Positions 17,107 to 24,862 of a DNA stretch of 25,055 nt are shown piece after piece. The notes under the pieces were generated by a model. It was not told the origin of the DNA and searched no databases. It worked only from the letters and a program-made list of their open reading frames with translations. The stretch comes from an uncultured Dehalococcoidales bacterium. Lineage in GTDB: Bacteria > Chloroflexota > Dehalococcoidia > GIF9 > AB-539-J10. Location: NCBI GenBank assembly GCA_964540185.1, contig CAZILT010000068.1:1-25055 (forward strand), read 5' to 3'. The stretch's first letter is position 1. Each line of letters opens with the position of its first letter. A program made the translations under genes and the position numbers.

Positions 17107-18448
17107 ACCTGCTGGCCGTTCTGAGCGTAGCGAAGAATCTCATGGTGCCGAGAGCAAGTCCTACGCTGGGGAAGGAACCTGTCCTATATGTAAAGGAGCT
17201 GGCTTTGTGCATCCGCTACTGGCTTCAGGACAGCCTGATTTTAGTCGGGTGGTGCCTTGCCAGTGTGAAAGAGAAAAACGACAGGGGAGAAAGTTACAAT
17301 ACCTTAAGAAATACAGCAATCTTGGTTCCCTGTCACGGCTTACATTTGGCAATTTATCGCCGAAGGGAAACAGAGACGACGCTGTTTCACAGGAGCGCTT
17401 TAGTTGTGCTTACCAGGTGGCCAAAACCTTTGCGGATAATCCCCAAGGGTGGCTTGTCCTTTCCGGTCCTAGCGGCTGTGGCAAAACTCACTTAGCTTGT
17501 GCTATTGCTAATCACTGTTTAAGTGCGGGACAGCCGGCCTTTTATATCGGAGTTGCCGATCTTCTAGATCACCTCCGTTCTGCTTTTAGCCCCACAAGTA
17601 ATATAACCTACGATGAGTTATTTGAGCATGTAAAGAATACGCCCCTACTGGTGCTTGATGACCTAACTATGGAAGGTGCTACATCCTGGGCAAGGGAAAA
17701 ATTGGAGCAACTTCTCAATCATCGTTTCAATGCTAGGTTAGCCACTGTGGTTACCACAGATGTGCCATTGGAAAAGTTTGGTGAGCGTTTGCACGGGCAT
17801 TTCAGAAATGATGAATTTTGCCAGGTATGTGCAGTGGGGCAAAAGTCGTCCTTAGAACGATTGGGCACATTGCCGCCGGGACTATTGCGGAATATGACCT
17901 TTGATAAGTTTGACTATAAGCGATTGAACCTATCTTTGGAGCAGCGTCAAAATCTACAACAAGCTTTTCATCTAGCAGCGGATTTTGCTCATAATCCGGA
18001 AGGTTGGCTAATATTTAGCGGTGTTAACGGTTGTGGCAAAACCCATCTAGCAGCAGCTATTACTAATTATCGGTTAGCACAGGGCAAGCCGACTTTCTTT
18101 GTTGTTGTTCCTGAATTGCTTGACCATTTACGCTCTACCTTCAGCCCGGAGAGTAGGGTGCCATATGATGAATTTTTTGAGGAGATTAAACAAAGCCCGC
18201 TGCTGATACTCGATGATTTTGGTGAACAATCAGCTACCTCATGGGCTCAAGAGAAGCTATATCAATTGATTAACCATCGCTATAATACTACATTACCGAT
18301 GGTAGTTACCACATGCCTTTCGCTGGATGAGATTGAAACCCGAATCAGTTCACGAATGGTAGATCCGAGCCTAAGCCTGGTTTTTAATATCATCGCTCCT
18401 GATTATCGTGGTGATGTAAAGACTAGTCGGCGGGCTAAGCGCTACTGA
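17024..18448 (+). CDS. DnaC/DnaI/IstB-family helicase-loader-like ATPase with two tandem AAA+ domains
   Basis: N-terminal CPICKG...PCQC; two Walker A (GPSGCGKTHLA, GVNGCGKTHLA); two Walker B (LLVLDDL, LLILDDF). Start tentatively GTG 17024 after GAAGGTAAGG; the exact start is uncertain. Confidence 0.85.
   Translation: MESIDKVLKRMTPTNTSGASTDIWSKDKPAGRSERSEESHGAESKSYAGEGTCPICKGAGFVHPLLASGQPDFSRVVPCQCEREKRQGRKLQYLKKYSNLGSLSRLTFGNLSPKGNRDDAVSQERFSCAYQVAKTFADNPQGWLVLSGPSGCGKTHLACAIANHCLSAGQPAFYIGVADLLDHLRSAFSPTSNITYDELFEHVKNTPLLVLDDLTMEGATSWAREKLEQLLNHRFNARLATVVTTDVPLEKFGERLHGHFRNDEFCQVCAVGQKSSLERLGTLPPGLLRNMTFDKFDYKRLNLSLEQRQNLQQAFHLAADFAHNPEGWLIFSGVNGCGKTHLAAAITNYRLAQGKPTFFVVVPELLDHLRSTFSPESRVPYDEFFEEIKQSPLLILDDFGEQSATSWAQEKLYQLINHRYNTTLPMVVTTCLSLDEIETRISSRMVDPSLSLVFNIIAPDYRGDVKTSRRAKRY
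17118..17141 (+). repeat. Half-copy of a GTCATT(C/G)...AGCGAAG(C)AATCTC-type palindromic repeat inside the loader gene
   Basis: GTTCTGAGCGTAGCGAAGAATCTC, read in frame as RSERSEES. Shares AGCG-N-AGCGAAG-(C)-AATCTC with 19636-19609. Confidence 0.6.
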
Positions 18449-18699
18449 TTGACCTTCGCTGGGGGGCCGCTGTAGGCCTGGGCTATGTGGACCAGGCCAC
18501 TACTTACTTGATGGAACAATTGTGCACCAATAGACTGACCGTACAAGAGGCGGTAAAGAACACCATGGCTACCATGGGCCCGGATCCGCAATATGGCGCC
18601 AGGTTGAAGTATCTCCCATCCCAGAGCAGCAGTAAAACACTGGATGAGCTGCTTGCTTCTCAGGGGATTCAGCTTCCTGAGCGCATTTCATTATTGTAG
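18439..18699 (+). pseudogene. Probable C-terminal fragment of a lost gene (alternatively a 70-aa hypothetical from GTG 18487)
   Basis: The frame is open from 18439 (ALLIDLRWGAAVGLGYVDQATTYLMEQLC...GPDPQYGARLKYLP) with protein-like composition, but there is no SD before GTG 18487. Confidence 0.4.
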
Positions 18700-18729
18700 T
18701 GCGACCCTGATGAAGGATGTTCACCCTTC

Positions 18730-18760
18730 ACCTCACCTTATCTGTCGAGGGACGTGAGGG
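18730..18760 (-). repeat. Copy 2 of the dispersed palindromic repeat, just downstream of panC
   Basis: CCCTCACGTCCCTCGACAGATAAGGTGAGGT matches the trxB copy at 26/31 nt. Lies between convergent genes. Confidence 0.6.
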
Positions 18761-18773
18761 TATCAGGAGTATC

Positions 18774-19607
18774 CTATGCCAGCAGGACATTATCTATCAG
18801 CCTCGTTCTACCTATCCTGACTGCCAGCAAGGCCAGGGCTGGTCGGTCAATTACCTCCAGTTCCTCCAGGGTATCGGCATCAGCAATGCTGACATAATCA
18901 ATTCTGGCCAGAGGCTTCTTGCGTATAACTGATTTCATTTCGCGCCGAAGCTTATCGCCGTTTTTTTCACCATCCTGCCATAATTGCCTGGCTAAGAAGA
19001 GAGCCCTGAACAGAACGGTCGCTGCCTGGCGTTCCTCAGAATTGAGGTAACCATTGCGGCTGCTCATAGCCAGGCCATCGCCTTCCCTCACCGTGGGCAC
19101 AACCATAATCTCCATGTTCATATTAAGGTCAGCCACCATCCTCTTGATGACCACCACCTGCTGGGCATCCTTCTGTCCGAAGTAAGCCCGGGTGGGCTGG
19201 ACGATGTTTAATAGTTTGGCTACCACTGTAGCCACTCCTCGGAAATGTCCCGGACGAGATGCTCCCTCAAGACGCTCCGTTAATTTCTTCACATCCACCC
19301 AGGTGCTGAACTCCTGGGGATACATCTCTGCGTCAGAAGGCACAAAAGCAATGTCCGTTCCCTCCTGCTCCAGTAGCCTCAGGTCGCGGTCAATGTCCCG
19401 TGGGTAGGTGGCCAGATCCTCATTAGGACTAAACTGGGTGGGATTAACAAAAATGCTAACCACAACGGTGTCATTTCCCACCCTAGCTTGCTTCATCAGA
19501 GCTAGATGACCTTCATGAAGATAGCCCATAGTGGGCACAAAGCCGCCCGAGCCGCTGAGCTTTTGTCTCAATTCCCTTATCTCGGCGATTGTTTTTATTA
19601 CTTGCAT
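18774..19607 (-). CDS. panC: Pantoate--beta-alanine ligase
   Basis: FVPTMGYLHEGH, SIFVNPTQF, RPGHFRGV, YFGQKDAQQ, GLAMSSRN, RLIDN. Confidence 0.97.
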   Translation of the reverse strand: MQVIKTIAEIRELRQKLSGSGGFVPTMGYLHEGHLALMKQARVGNDTVVVSIFVNPTQFSPNEDLATYPRDIDRDLRLLEQEGTDIAFVPSDAEMYPQEFSTWVDVKKLTERLEGASRPGHFRGVATVVAKLLNIVQPTRAYFGQKDAQQVVVIKRMVADLNMNMEIMVVPTVREGDGLAMSSRNGYLNSEERQAATVLFRALFLARQLWQDGEKNGDKLRREMKSVIRKKPLARIDYVSIADADTLEELEVIDRPALALLAVRIGRTRLIDNVLLA

Positions 19608-20455
19608 TGAGATTGCTTCGCTCCGCTTGCAGTAACATCGCTGAGGAGGCTTTCATCCATAGTATAGCTCTGCTTTGCGGTAGGGAAACTAGCAGATTTA
19701 ACTTCAGTTACATAATCAGAGACAGCGGCCTCTATTTCTTCAGCCAACTTAGCATATTGCTTGGCATGCTTGGGCACAAAAGTGGAGTAAAGGCCCAGAA
19801 TATCGCTGATCACCTGAACCTGACCATCACAATCAGGTCCAGCTCCAATGCCAATCGTGGGGATATTCGCCTTCTGTGTAATCAGCTTAGCAAGAGGCGA
19901 TGGAACACACTCCAGAACAACGGCAAATGCGCCCGCTTCCTCCAAGATACAAGCATCTTTAAGCAGCCTTTCAGCTACCTCTAGCGTTTTCCCCTGCACC
20001 TTAAAGCCGCCCAACTGATGGATGGATTGCGGAGTAAGCCCGATATGCCCCATAACCGGGATGCCACAATCAACAATACGCTTTACCACTTCAGACACAG
20101 CTTCACCCCCCTCCAGTTTGACTGCCTGCGCCCCACCTTCCTGGATGAAACGCCCCACATTATGCAAAGCCTCAGGTAGGCTGACATGGTAGGTCATGAA
20201 AGGCATATCGCCTATTATCAAGGCCTTCTTAGCCCCCCTGACCACAGCCTTTGTGTGGTGCAGCATCTCCTCCATAGTCACAGGAATGGTGGAGTCATAA
20301 CCCAACATCACCATCCCCAGACTATCCCCAACCAATATCAAGGGCACACCAGCTTCATCAACCATCTTAGCAGTTATATAATCATAAGCGGTAAGCATAG
20401 GTATCTTCTCCCGCTTACGCTTCATCTCCTGTATTTCAGTAATAGTAACTCGCAT
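19598..20455 (-). CDS. panB: 3-methyl-2-oxobutanoate hydroxymethyltransferase
   Basis: MLTAYD, LVGDSLGM, DMPF, VKLEGG, GHIGLTPQ, IGIGAG.CDGQV. Confidence 0.97.
   Translation of the reverse strand: MRVTITEIQEMKRKREKIPMLTAYDYITAKMVDEAGVPLILVGDSLGMVMLGYDSTIPVTMEEMLHHTKAVVRGAKKALIIGDMPFMTYHVSLPEALHNVGRFIQEGGAQAVKLEGGEAVSEVVKRIVDCGIPVMGHIGLTPQSIHQLGGFKVQGKTLEVAERLLKDACILEEAGAFAVVLECVPSPLAKLITQKANIPTIGIGAGPDCDGQVQVISDILGLYSTFVPKHAKQYAKLAEEIEAAVSDYVTEVKSASFPTAKQSYTMDESLLSDVTASGAKQSQCK
19609..19636 (-). repeat. Half-copy of the AGCGAAGCAATCTC palindromic repeat forming the PanB C-terminus
   Basis: GTTACTGCAAGCGGAGCGAAGCAATCTC on the minus strand, translated as VTASGAKQS. Confidence 0.6.
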
Positions 20456-20471
20456 TTTATCTCCCCCTCCC

Positions 20472-20568
20472 TAAAAAATTAAAAGTCAAACATAAAAAAT
20501 CAAAGTGACTACTTAAAATGTAAAATTTTTTAGATTTTGCTCTGTATTTTTGCATTTTAATCTTTTAT
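20472..20568. repeat. AT-rich imperfect palindrome between panD and panB
   Basis: On the minus strand, an A-tract arm (AAAATGCAAAAAT...AAAATCTAAAA) is followed by a T-tract arm (TTTTACATTTT...ATTTTTTATGTTTGACTTTT). Far more AT-rich than the rest of the window. Confidence 0.4.
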
Positions 20569-20952
20569 TTACATTTCTCGTCTAGGAAGAGCGACTGTAG
20601 GTGAGGGCTCGATAATTCTATTTTTATCATCCACATAAACCACAGCCGGCTCCATAGCTATAGCCTCATCATCGGCAACCTGGTAGTAGGAGAGAATGAT
20701 AACTATATCCCCTTTAGCCACTAGCCTGGCAGCAGCACCGTTAAGCCCGATTATCCCTGAATTTGCCCCGCCTTCAATAACATAAGTGCTGAACCGGGCT
20801 CCGTTATTGATATTAAGCACCTCTACCCGCTCAAACGGCAGAAGGTCGCTGGCCTCCATAAGCACTCTGTCAATGGTAATGCTGCCCTCATAATCTAAAT
20901 TGACCTCTGTGGCCCGAGCTCGGTGGATTTTACTTTTCAGCATAGTCCTCAT
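20569..20952 (-). CDS. panD: Aspartate 1-decarboxylase proenzyme
   Basis: [17 protein letters not shown] self-cleavage site, [18 protein letters not shown] 20952 follows SD AAAGGAGG. Confidence 0.97.
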   Translation of the reverse strand: MRTMLKSKIHRARATEVNLDYEGSITIDRVLMEASDLLPFERVEVLNINNGARFSTYVIEGGANSGIIGLNGAAARLVAKGDIVIILSYYQVADDEAIAMEPAVVYVDDKNRIIEPSPTVALPRREM

Positions 20953-21850
20953 TTCTTGCCTCCTTTGTATACTGTCTCGCCTCAAGATGGCAATGACTAT
21001 TTAAAATAGCTCCCAATTCCATGGCCCTACCTTCATCAATCCCGCCCCTGGCTAAAGCAATGGGAATGGTTTCAAATCCTAAGTCTTTGTAGATAGTTAG
21101 CAATGAGGAATTCCAAGCTTCAAGAGCATTTACATGCTTGCTTATGGTGCTTAAGTCACCACGGGCAATGGGGCCGGTGAGGCAGTGGGGCAAGCCAACA
21201 TTATCAATATTATTCACCGTTCCCTTGAGCAAAGGAAGCAAGGATTCTGTTGCCTCCTTCGGTGACACGCCAAAGCTGCGCCATAAATCCAGGGCTAACT
21301 TAATCAGGGTTACTACATAATTAGAGACAAAGACAGCCGCTATATGATATAGCACTTTGTCTCCCGGCTTAAGCTCCACCCAATTGCCATACAAACTGGA
21401 ACACAGTTCCTTCAGCCTTGATAGCAGAGGTTCTTCGGCTTCTAGGGCAAACGTGGAACCGGGTAGGTTATGGATTGCTTCATCAATGCTGGCAAAAGTT
21501 TGCAGCGGGTGGAAGGAAGCTACATTGGCGCCAAGTCGTTCAGCCGACTCCAGAATATCAACGGAATGAGCTCCGCTGCAATGTATGACATTCTGCCCTT
21601 TATGCCATTTAACCTCACTCGCTACATGAGAAATAAAATCATCAGGGGTGGTGATAAACACTAGTTCAGCGACATCAGCTACTTCCTGGGCTGTTTGGCA
21701 AGGGCGACAATTAGCCACCAACCCTGCCAGCTTCCGTGCCGAGGTCAGACTTCGACTGGATACAGCCACTACTGGACTCCCCCGCTGAGAAAGGCTTACT
21801 GCCAAGGCTGTGCCCACCGTTCCAGCACCGACAAAGCCAACTGTTAACAT
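20930..21850 (-). CDS. panG: Rossmann-like + DUF2520 oxidoreductase; probable PanG-type ketopantoate reductase
   Basis: [41 protein letters not shown]. First gene of the pan operon, which lacks panE. Confidence 0.8.
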   Translation of the reverse strand: MLTVGFVGAGTVGTALAVSLSQRGSPVVAVSSRSLTSARKLAGLVANCRPCQTAQEVADVAELVFITTPDDFISHVASEVKWHKGQNVIHCSGAHSVDILESAERLGANVASFHPLQTFASIDEAIHNLPGSTFALEAEEPLLSRLKELCSSLYGNWVELKPGDKVLYHIAAVFVSNYVVTLIKLALDLWRSFGVSPKEATESLLPLLKGTVNNIDNVGLPHCLTGPIARGDLSTISKHVNALEAWNSSLLTIYKDLGFETIPIALARGGIDEGRAMELGAILNSHCHLEARQYTKEARNEDYAEK

Positions 21851-21885
21851 CTCCTTATATCCCTCAGCAGCATAATAAACTCAAC

Positions 21886-21916
21886 AAAAAACCCTCTCAA
21901 CAATACCGAGAGGGTT
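21886..21916 (-). terminator. Intrinsic terminator (attenuator) upstream of panG
   Basis: AACCCTCTC-ggtattgtt-GAGAGGGTT 9-bp stem, with a U6 tract (21891-21886) overlapping the base of the stem. Confidence 0.85.
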
Positions 21917-22017
21917 AATAACCTGACCTTTGTCACCGTCTCGGTCGTTGCCGATCCAAGCGGAAGTTCCTTATATATCCTAGTCTCAAGCTCACTGCCC
22001 CTAAAGGTCAGTGGCCA
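21886..22017 (-). ncRNA. Cis-regulatory leader RNA of the pan operon; probable pan RNA motif with attenuator
   Basis: Lies between the promoter and panG. Contains a CACTG/CAGTG hairpin, two GAGAC motifs, alternative complementary segments and a terminal terminator. The pan motif is known upstream of pan genes in Chloroflexi; no covariance-model search was run. Confidence 0.62.
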
Positions 22018-22023
22018 ATTTTA

Positions 22024-22052
22024 ATACTAGCAGATTTTCTCTATCCAGTCAA
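22024..22052 (-). promoter_or_regulatory. Sigma70 promoter of the pan operon
   Basis: TTGACT (22052-22047), 17-nt spacer, extended -10 TGcTAGTAT (hexamer 22029-22024). Confidence 0.65.
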
Positions 22053-22079
22053 TAATTTGTTGACCAGCCCGTATAAAAG

Positions 22080-22109
22080 TTGCCAACGTGGAAGTCGAGG
22101 GGCTATACT
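22080..22109 (+). promoter_or_regulatory. Probable sigma70 promoter of dnaJ
   Basis: TTGCCA (22080-22085), 18-nt spacer, TATACT (22104-22109). Confidence 0.45.
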
Positions 22110-22132
22110 AATAAGATTAAGGGTAACTAACC

Positions 22133-23212
22133 ATGGCCGTAAAACGAGATTATTATGAAGTGTTGGGAGTGCCTCGAAACACTAGTGATGAGGAAATTAA
22201 GAGGGCGTTTCGTAAGCTGGCTTTCCAGTATCATCCCGACCATAACAGGGAATCAGGGGCAGAAGATAAATTTAAGGAGATAAACGAGGCATACCAGGTA
22301 CTTTCTGACCCTGAGAAGAGAAATAGCTATGACCGTTACGGCCGAGTGGATATTAAAGGGCTAGAAGGATTTCCCGATTTTGGCTTTGGCGGACTAGGTG
22401 ATATTTTCGAATCCTTCTTCGGCGGCTTTGGTGAGACTCCGTTTGGCAGGACTGCTCAGCGCACTCCACAAAAAGGGGATAGCCTGCGAACTCAGCTCAC
22501 CCTTTCTTTCGAGGAAGCGGTGTTCGGCTGCCAGAAAGAGATTGAAATACAGCGCATTGAGCTTTGTCCTTTATGCCACGGCATCGGTAGTCAACCAGGC
22601 ACAAATCCCCAGACCTGCCCAGAGTGTCGAGGGACGGGGCAGGTAAGAAAAGTTCAACAGAGCATTTTTGGCCGCTTCAGCCACATTACCACCTGCCCCC
22701 GATGTAAGGGCAGCGGCACTATAATAACCAACCCCTGTTCCCAATGTCACGGAAGGGGGAAAATTAAGGTAACGCGCAAGCTAACAATAGATATTCCTGC
22801 CGGCGTGGATGATGGCTATCAGATGCAACTTAGAGGGCAGGGAGATGCTGGCTTATATGGAGGAGCACCTGGTGATGTCTATATTGACCTTTTAGTCAGG
22901 CCACACCCCTTATTCCACAGAGACGGCATCGACATTCTGTGCGAATTACCCATAAACTTTGCCCAGGCTGCCCTGGGAGATGAAATCGAGGTGCCATCCT
23001 TAGACGGGAAGACAAGCCTGAGAATACCGCCAAGCACCCAAAACGGAAAAATCCTCCGCCTTAAAGGCAAAGGAGTGCCACAGCTTAATGGCAAGGGGAA
23101 AGGAGATCTACTGGTAAAAGTTGTAATAGTTACTCCGCAACATCTAAACGGGAAACAAAGACAGCTCTTCCAGGAGTTAGCTAAGACCTTGCCTCAACCG
23201 AAACTATCCTGA
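22133..23212 (+). CDS. dnaJ: Molecular chaperone DnaJ
   Basis: J-domain with HPD, G/F-rich region, four CxxCxGxG repeats, C-terminal domain. Confidence 0.97.
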   Translation: MAVKRDYYEVLGVPRNTSDEEIKRAFRKLAFQYHPDHNRESGAEDKFKEINEAYQVLSDPEKRNSYDRYGRVDIKGLEGFPDFGFGGLGDIFESFFGGFGETPFGRTAQRTPQKGDSLRTQLTLSFEEAVFGCQKEIEIQRIELCPLCHGIGSQPGTNPQTCPECRGTGQVRKVQQSIFGRFSHITTCPRCKGSGTIITNPCSQCHGRGKIKVTRKLTIDIPAGVDDGYQMQLRGQGDAGLYGGAPGDVYIDLLVRPHPLFHRDGIDILCELPINFAQAALGDEIEVPSLDGKTSLRIPPSTQNGKILRLKGKGVPQLNGKGKGDLLVKVVIVTPQHLNGKQRQLFQELAKTLPQPKLS

Positions 23213-23225
23213 GATATTTATCCTG

Positions 23226-24194
23226 TCATCCTGAGGCTCTTAACGAGGTTAACTTACCAAAATCTGCCAGCGCTTCAGTTGCCGGCAAGTTTTCAAAAAG
23301 GACTTGATAAATAAGATTGATAATAGGAGTTTCCAAGTTCAACTTCTGGATTATTTGATGAACTGCCATAGCCGTATTAACCCCTTCAGCGACCTGTGAC
23401 ATAGAAGCAGTTATTTCTTTCAGTGATCGCCCTTTAGCTAACTCATAACCAACATAATGATTTCGGCTCAAAGTGCTAGCGCAAGTGGCTATTAAGTCAC
23501 CCAAGCCAGATAAACCGGAAAAGGTACTAGCCTTAGCTCCCAGGGCCACCCCCAGGGAAATAGCCTCAGCCCAACTCCAGGTGACAAAGGCAGCCTTAGC
23601 ATTGTCACCCAAGTTCAAGCCATCAATCATTCCCGCACCCAAAGCTACAATATTTTTCAGGGCTCCTCCCAATTCTACGCCGATGACATCATCAGTGGTA
23701 AACAGAAGAAATTCGGGCGAACTCATCAAATCTCGCACTCTTTCAGCTACAGTTACGTCCTGTGCAGCCACCATCGAAGCAGCAGGCAGGCCAAGAGCAA
23801 CTTCCCTGGCTAAATTGGGGCCGGAGAGAACACAGATGCGCTGTTCTAAAGCCGGTGCAATTTCCTCTGCCATTACCTGAGACATTCTCTTGCCACTATC
23901 CATCTCTAACCCTTTGGCAGCACTCACCAACAACATTAAGTTGGTTAAGTAGTCTTTAGCTAGAGCGACATTTTGTCGCAATTTCTGCGAGGGAACCACC
24001 CAGATTACAAGGTCGGATCCTTTCAGCGCTTCCTCGATATGACTGGTAGAAGAATAGCTATATAATTTCCTGTTCAGCCCCTCAGCTTCTACTTGGCTGC
24101 GCGCCCACAACTTTACCTCCACCCCCTTGCTGCTTAGCAAGGCAGCTAAAGTATTGCCCCAAGTGGTATTCCCTATGATGGTAGCTTTAGGCAT
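23226..24194 (-). CDS. gpsA: NAD(P)H-dependent glycerol-3-phosphate dehydrogenase
   Basis: KGLE, LSGPNLA, GVELGGALKN, GLSGLGDL..TC...SRN, AEGV. Divergent GNTTWG nucleotide-binding loop. Confidence 0.95.
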   Translation of the reverse strand: MPKATIIGNTTWGNTLAALLSSKGVEVKLWARSQVEAEGLNRKLYSYSSTSHIEEALKGSDLVIWVVPSQKLRQNVALAKDYLTNLMLLVSAAKGLEMDSGKRMSQVMAEEIAPALEQRICVLSGPNLAREVALGLPAASMVAAQDVTVAERVRDLMSSPEFLLFTTDDVIGVELGGALKNIVALGAGMIDGLNLGDNAKAAFVTWSWAEAISLGVALGAKASTFSGLSGLGDLIATCASTLSRNHYVGYELAKGRSLKEITASMSQVAEGVNTAMAVHQIIQKLNLETPIINLIYQVLFENLPATEALADFGKLTSLRASG

Positions 24195-24220
24195 GGCCTA
24201 AGATCAGCTTGCATTCCCCC

Positions 24221-24862
24221 TCACCATAGCTGGCGTTCTGTGCCCAGTTGTAATCGCTTTACATTGTCACGATGCTGGTAGACAAGAAAGGCTATGGCTG
24301 CTAAGCCATAAGCTAGATAAATTGGGGGAGAACCATAACTAATGGTCAAAGGTACCAACAAACACCAGGCAGCTATAGCTCCCAGAATGGAGCCTTTGGA
24401 CATTTGCCGGCTACGCAGCGCCGATATAGCTATAACTTCAGTTCCAAATATAGCAACCGGTGGAGAAATAATAAATAATGTACCAAAGTAGGCAGCTACC
24501 CCGCGACCTCCTTTAAACCCGGCAAATACAGGCCAGTTATGTCCTGCCACGGCTGCCAAGCCAGCCATAACTTGAGCTATATGCAAGTACTGGAAGGATA
24601 CGCCTCCAATGGTCAATATACCGCTATCTACAATCACTTTAGCCAGCAGGACTGCTCCCGCAGCTTTAACCCCATCAAGGAGTAGGGTTAAAACGCCAAT
24701 CCTGGTCCCTACGGCTCGCATTACATTAGTGGCGCCAGTTTTGCCACTGCCATATTTTCTGACATCAATGCCACCCTTGAGCTTACCCATGAGCAGGCCG
24801 AAGGGAATAGAGCCCAAAAGGTAACCAGCAATCACCACAGCAATAAACCTGGCAACTATCAT
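24221..24862 (-). CDS. plsY: Glycerol-3-phosphate acyltransferase PlsY
   Basis: [27 protein letters not shown]...[16 protein letters not shown]. Confidence 0.95.
   Translation of the reverse strand: MIVARFIAVVIAGYLLGSIPFGLLMGKLKGGIDVRKYGSGKTGATNVMRAVGTRIGVLTLLLDGVKAAGAVLLAKVIVDSGILTIGGVSFQYLHIAQVMAGLAAVAGHNWPVFAGFKGGRGVAAYFGTLFIISPPVAIFGTEVIAISALRSRQMSKGSILGAIAAWCLLVPLTISYGSPPIYLAYGLAAIAFLVYQHRDNVKRLQLGTERQLW

Noticed and set aside
17024-18448. IS21 IstB helper or prophage replication module
   Set aside because: No IstA transposase, terminal inverted repeats, integrase or phage genes; it is coupled to rplI-dnaB.
22053-22132. CIRCE/HrcA operator before dnaJ
   Set aside because: No TTAGCACTC-N9-GAGTGCTAA is present, and dnaK/grpE/hrcA are not adjacent.
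563-24824. Remaining 60-140 aa ORFs in the track that overlap identified genes (e.g. 880-1116, 2311-2628, 6064-6489, 9338-9730, 17142-17495, 19589-19984, 23473-23880)
   Set aside because: Antisense or alternate-frame shadows of well-supported genes, without SD or motifs.
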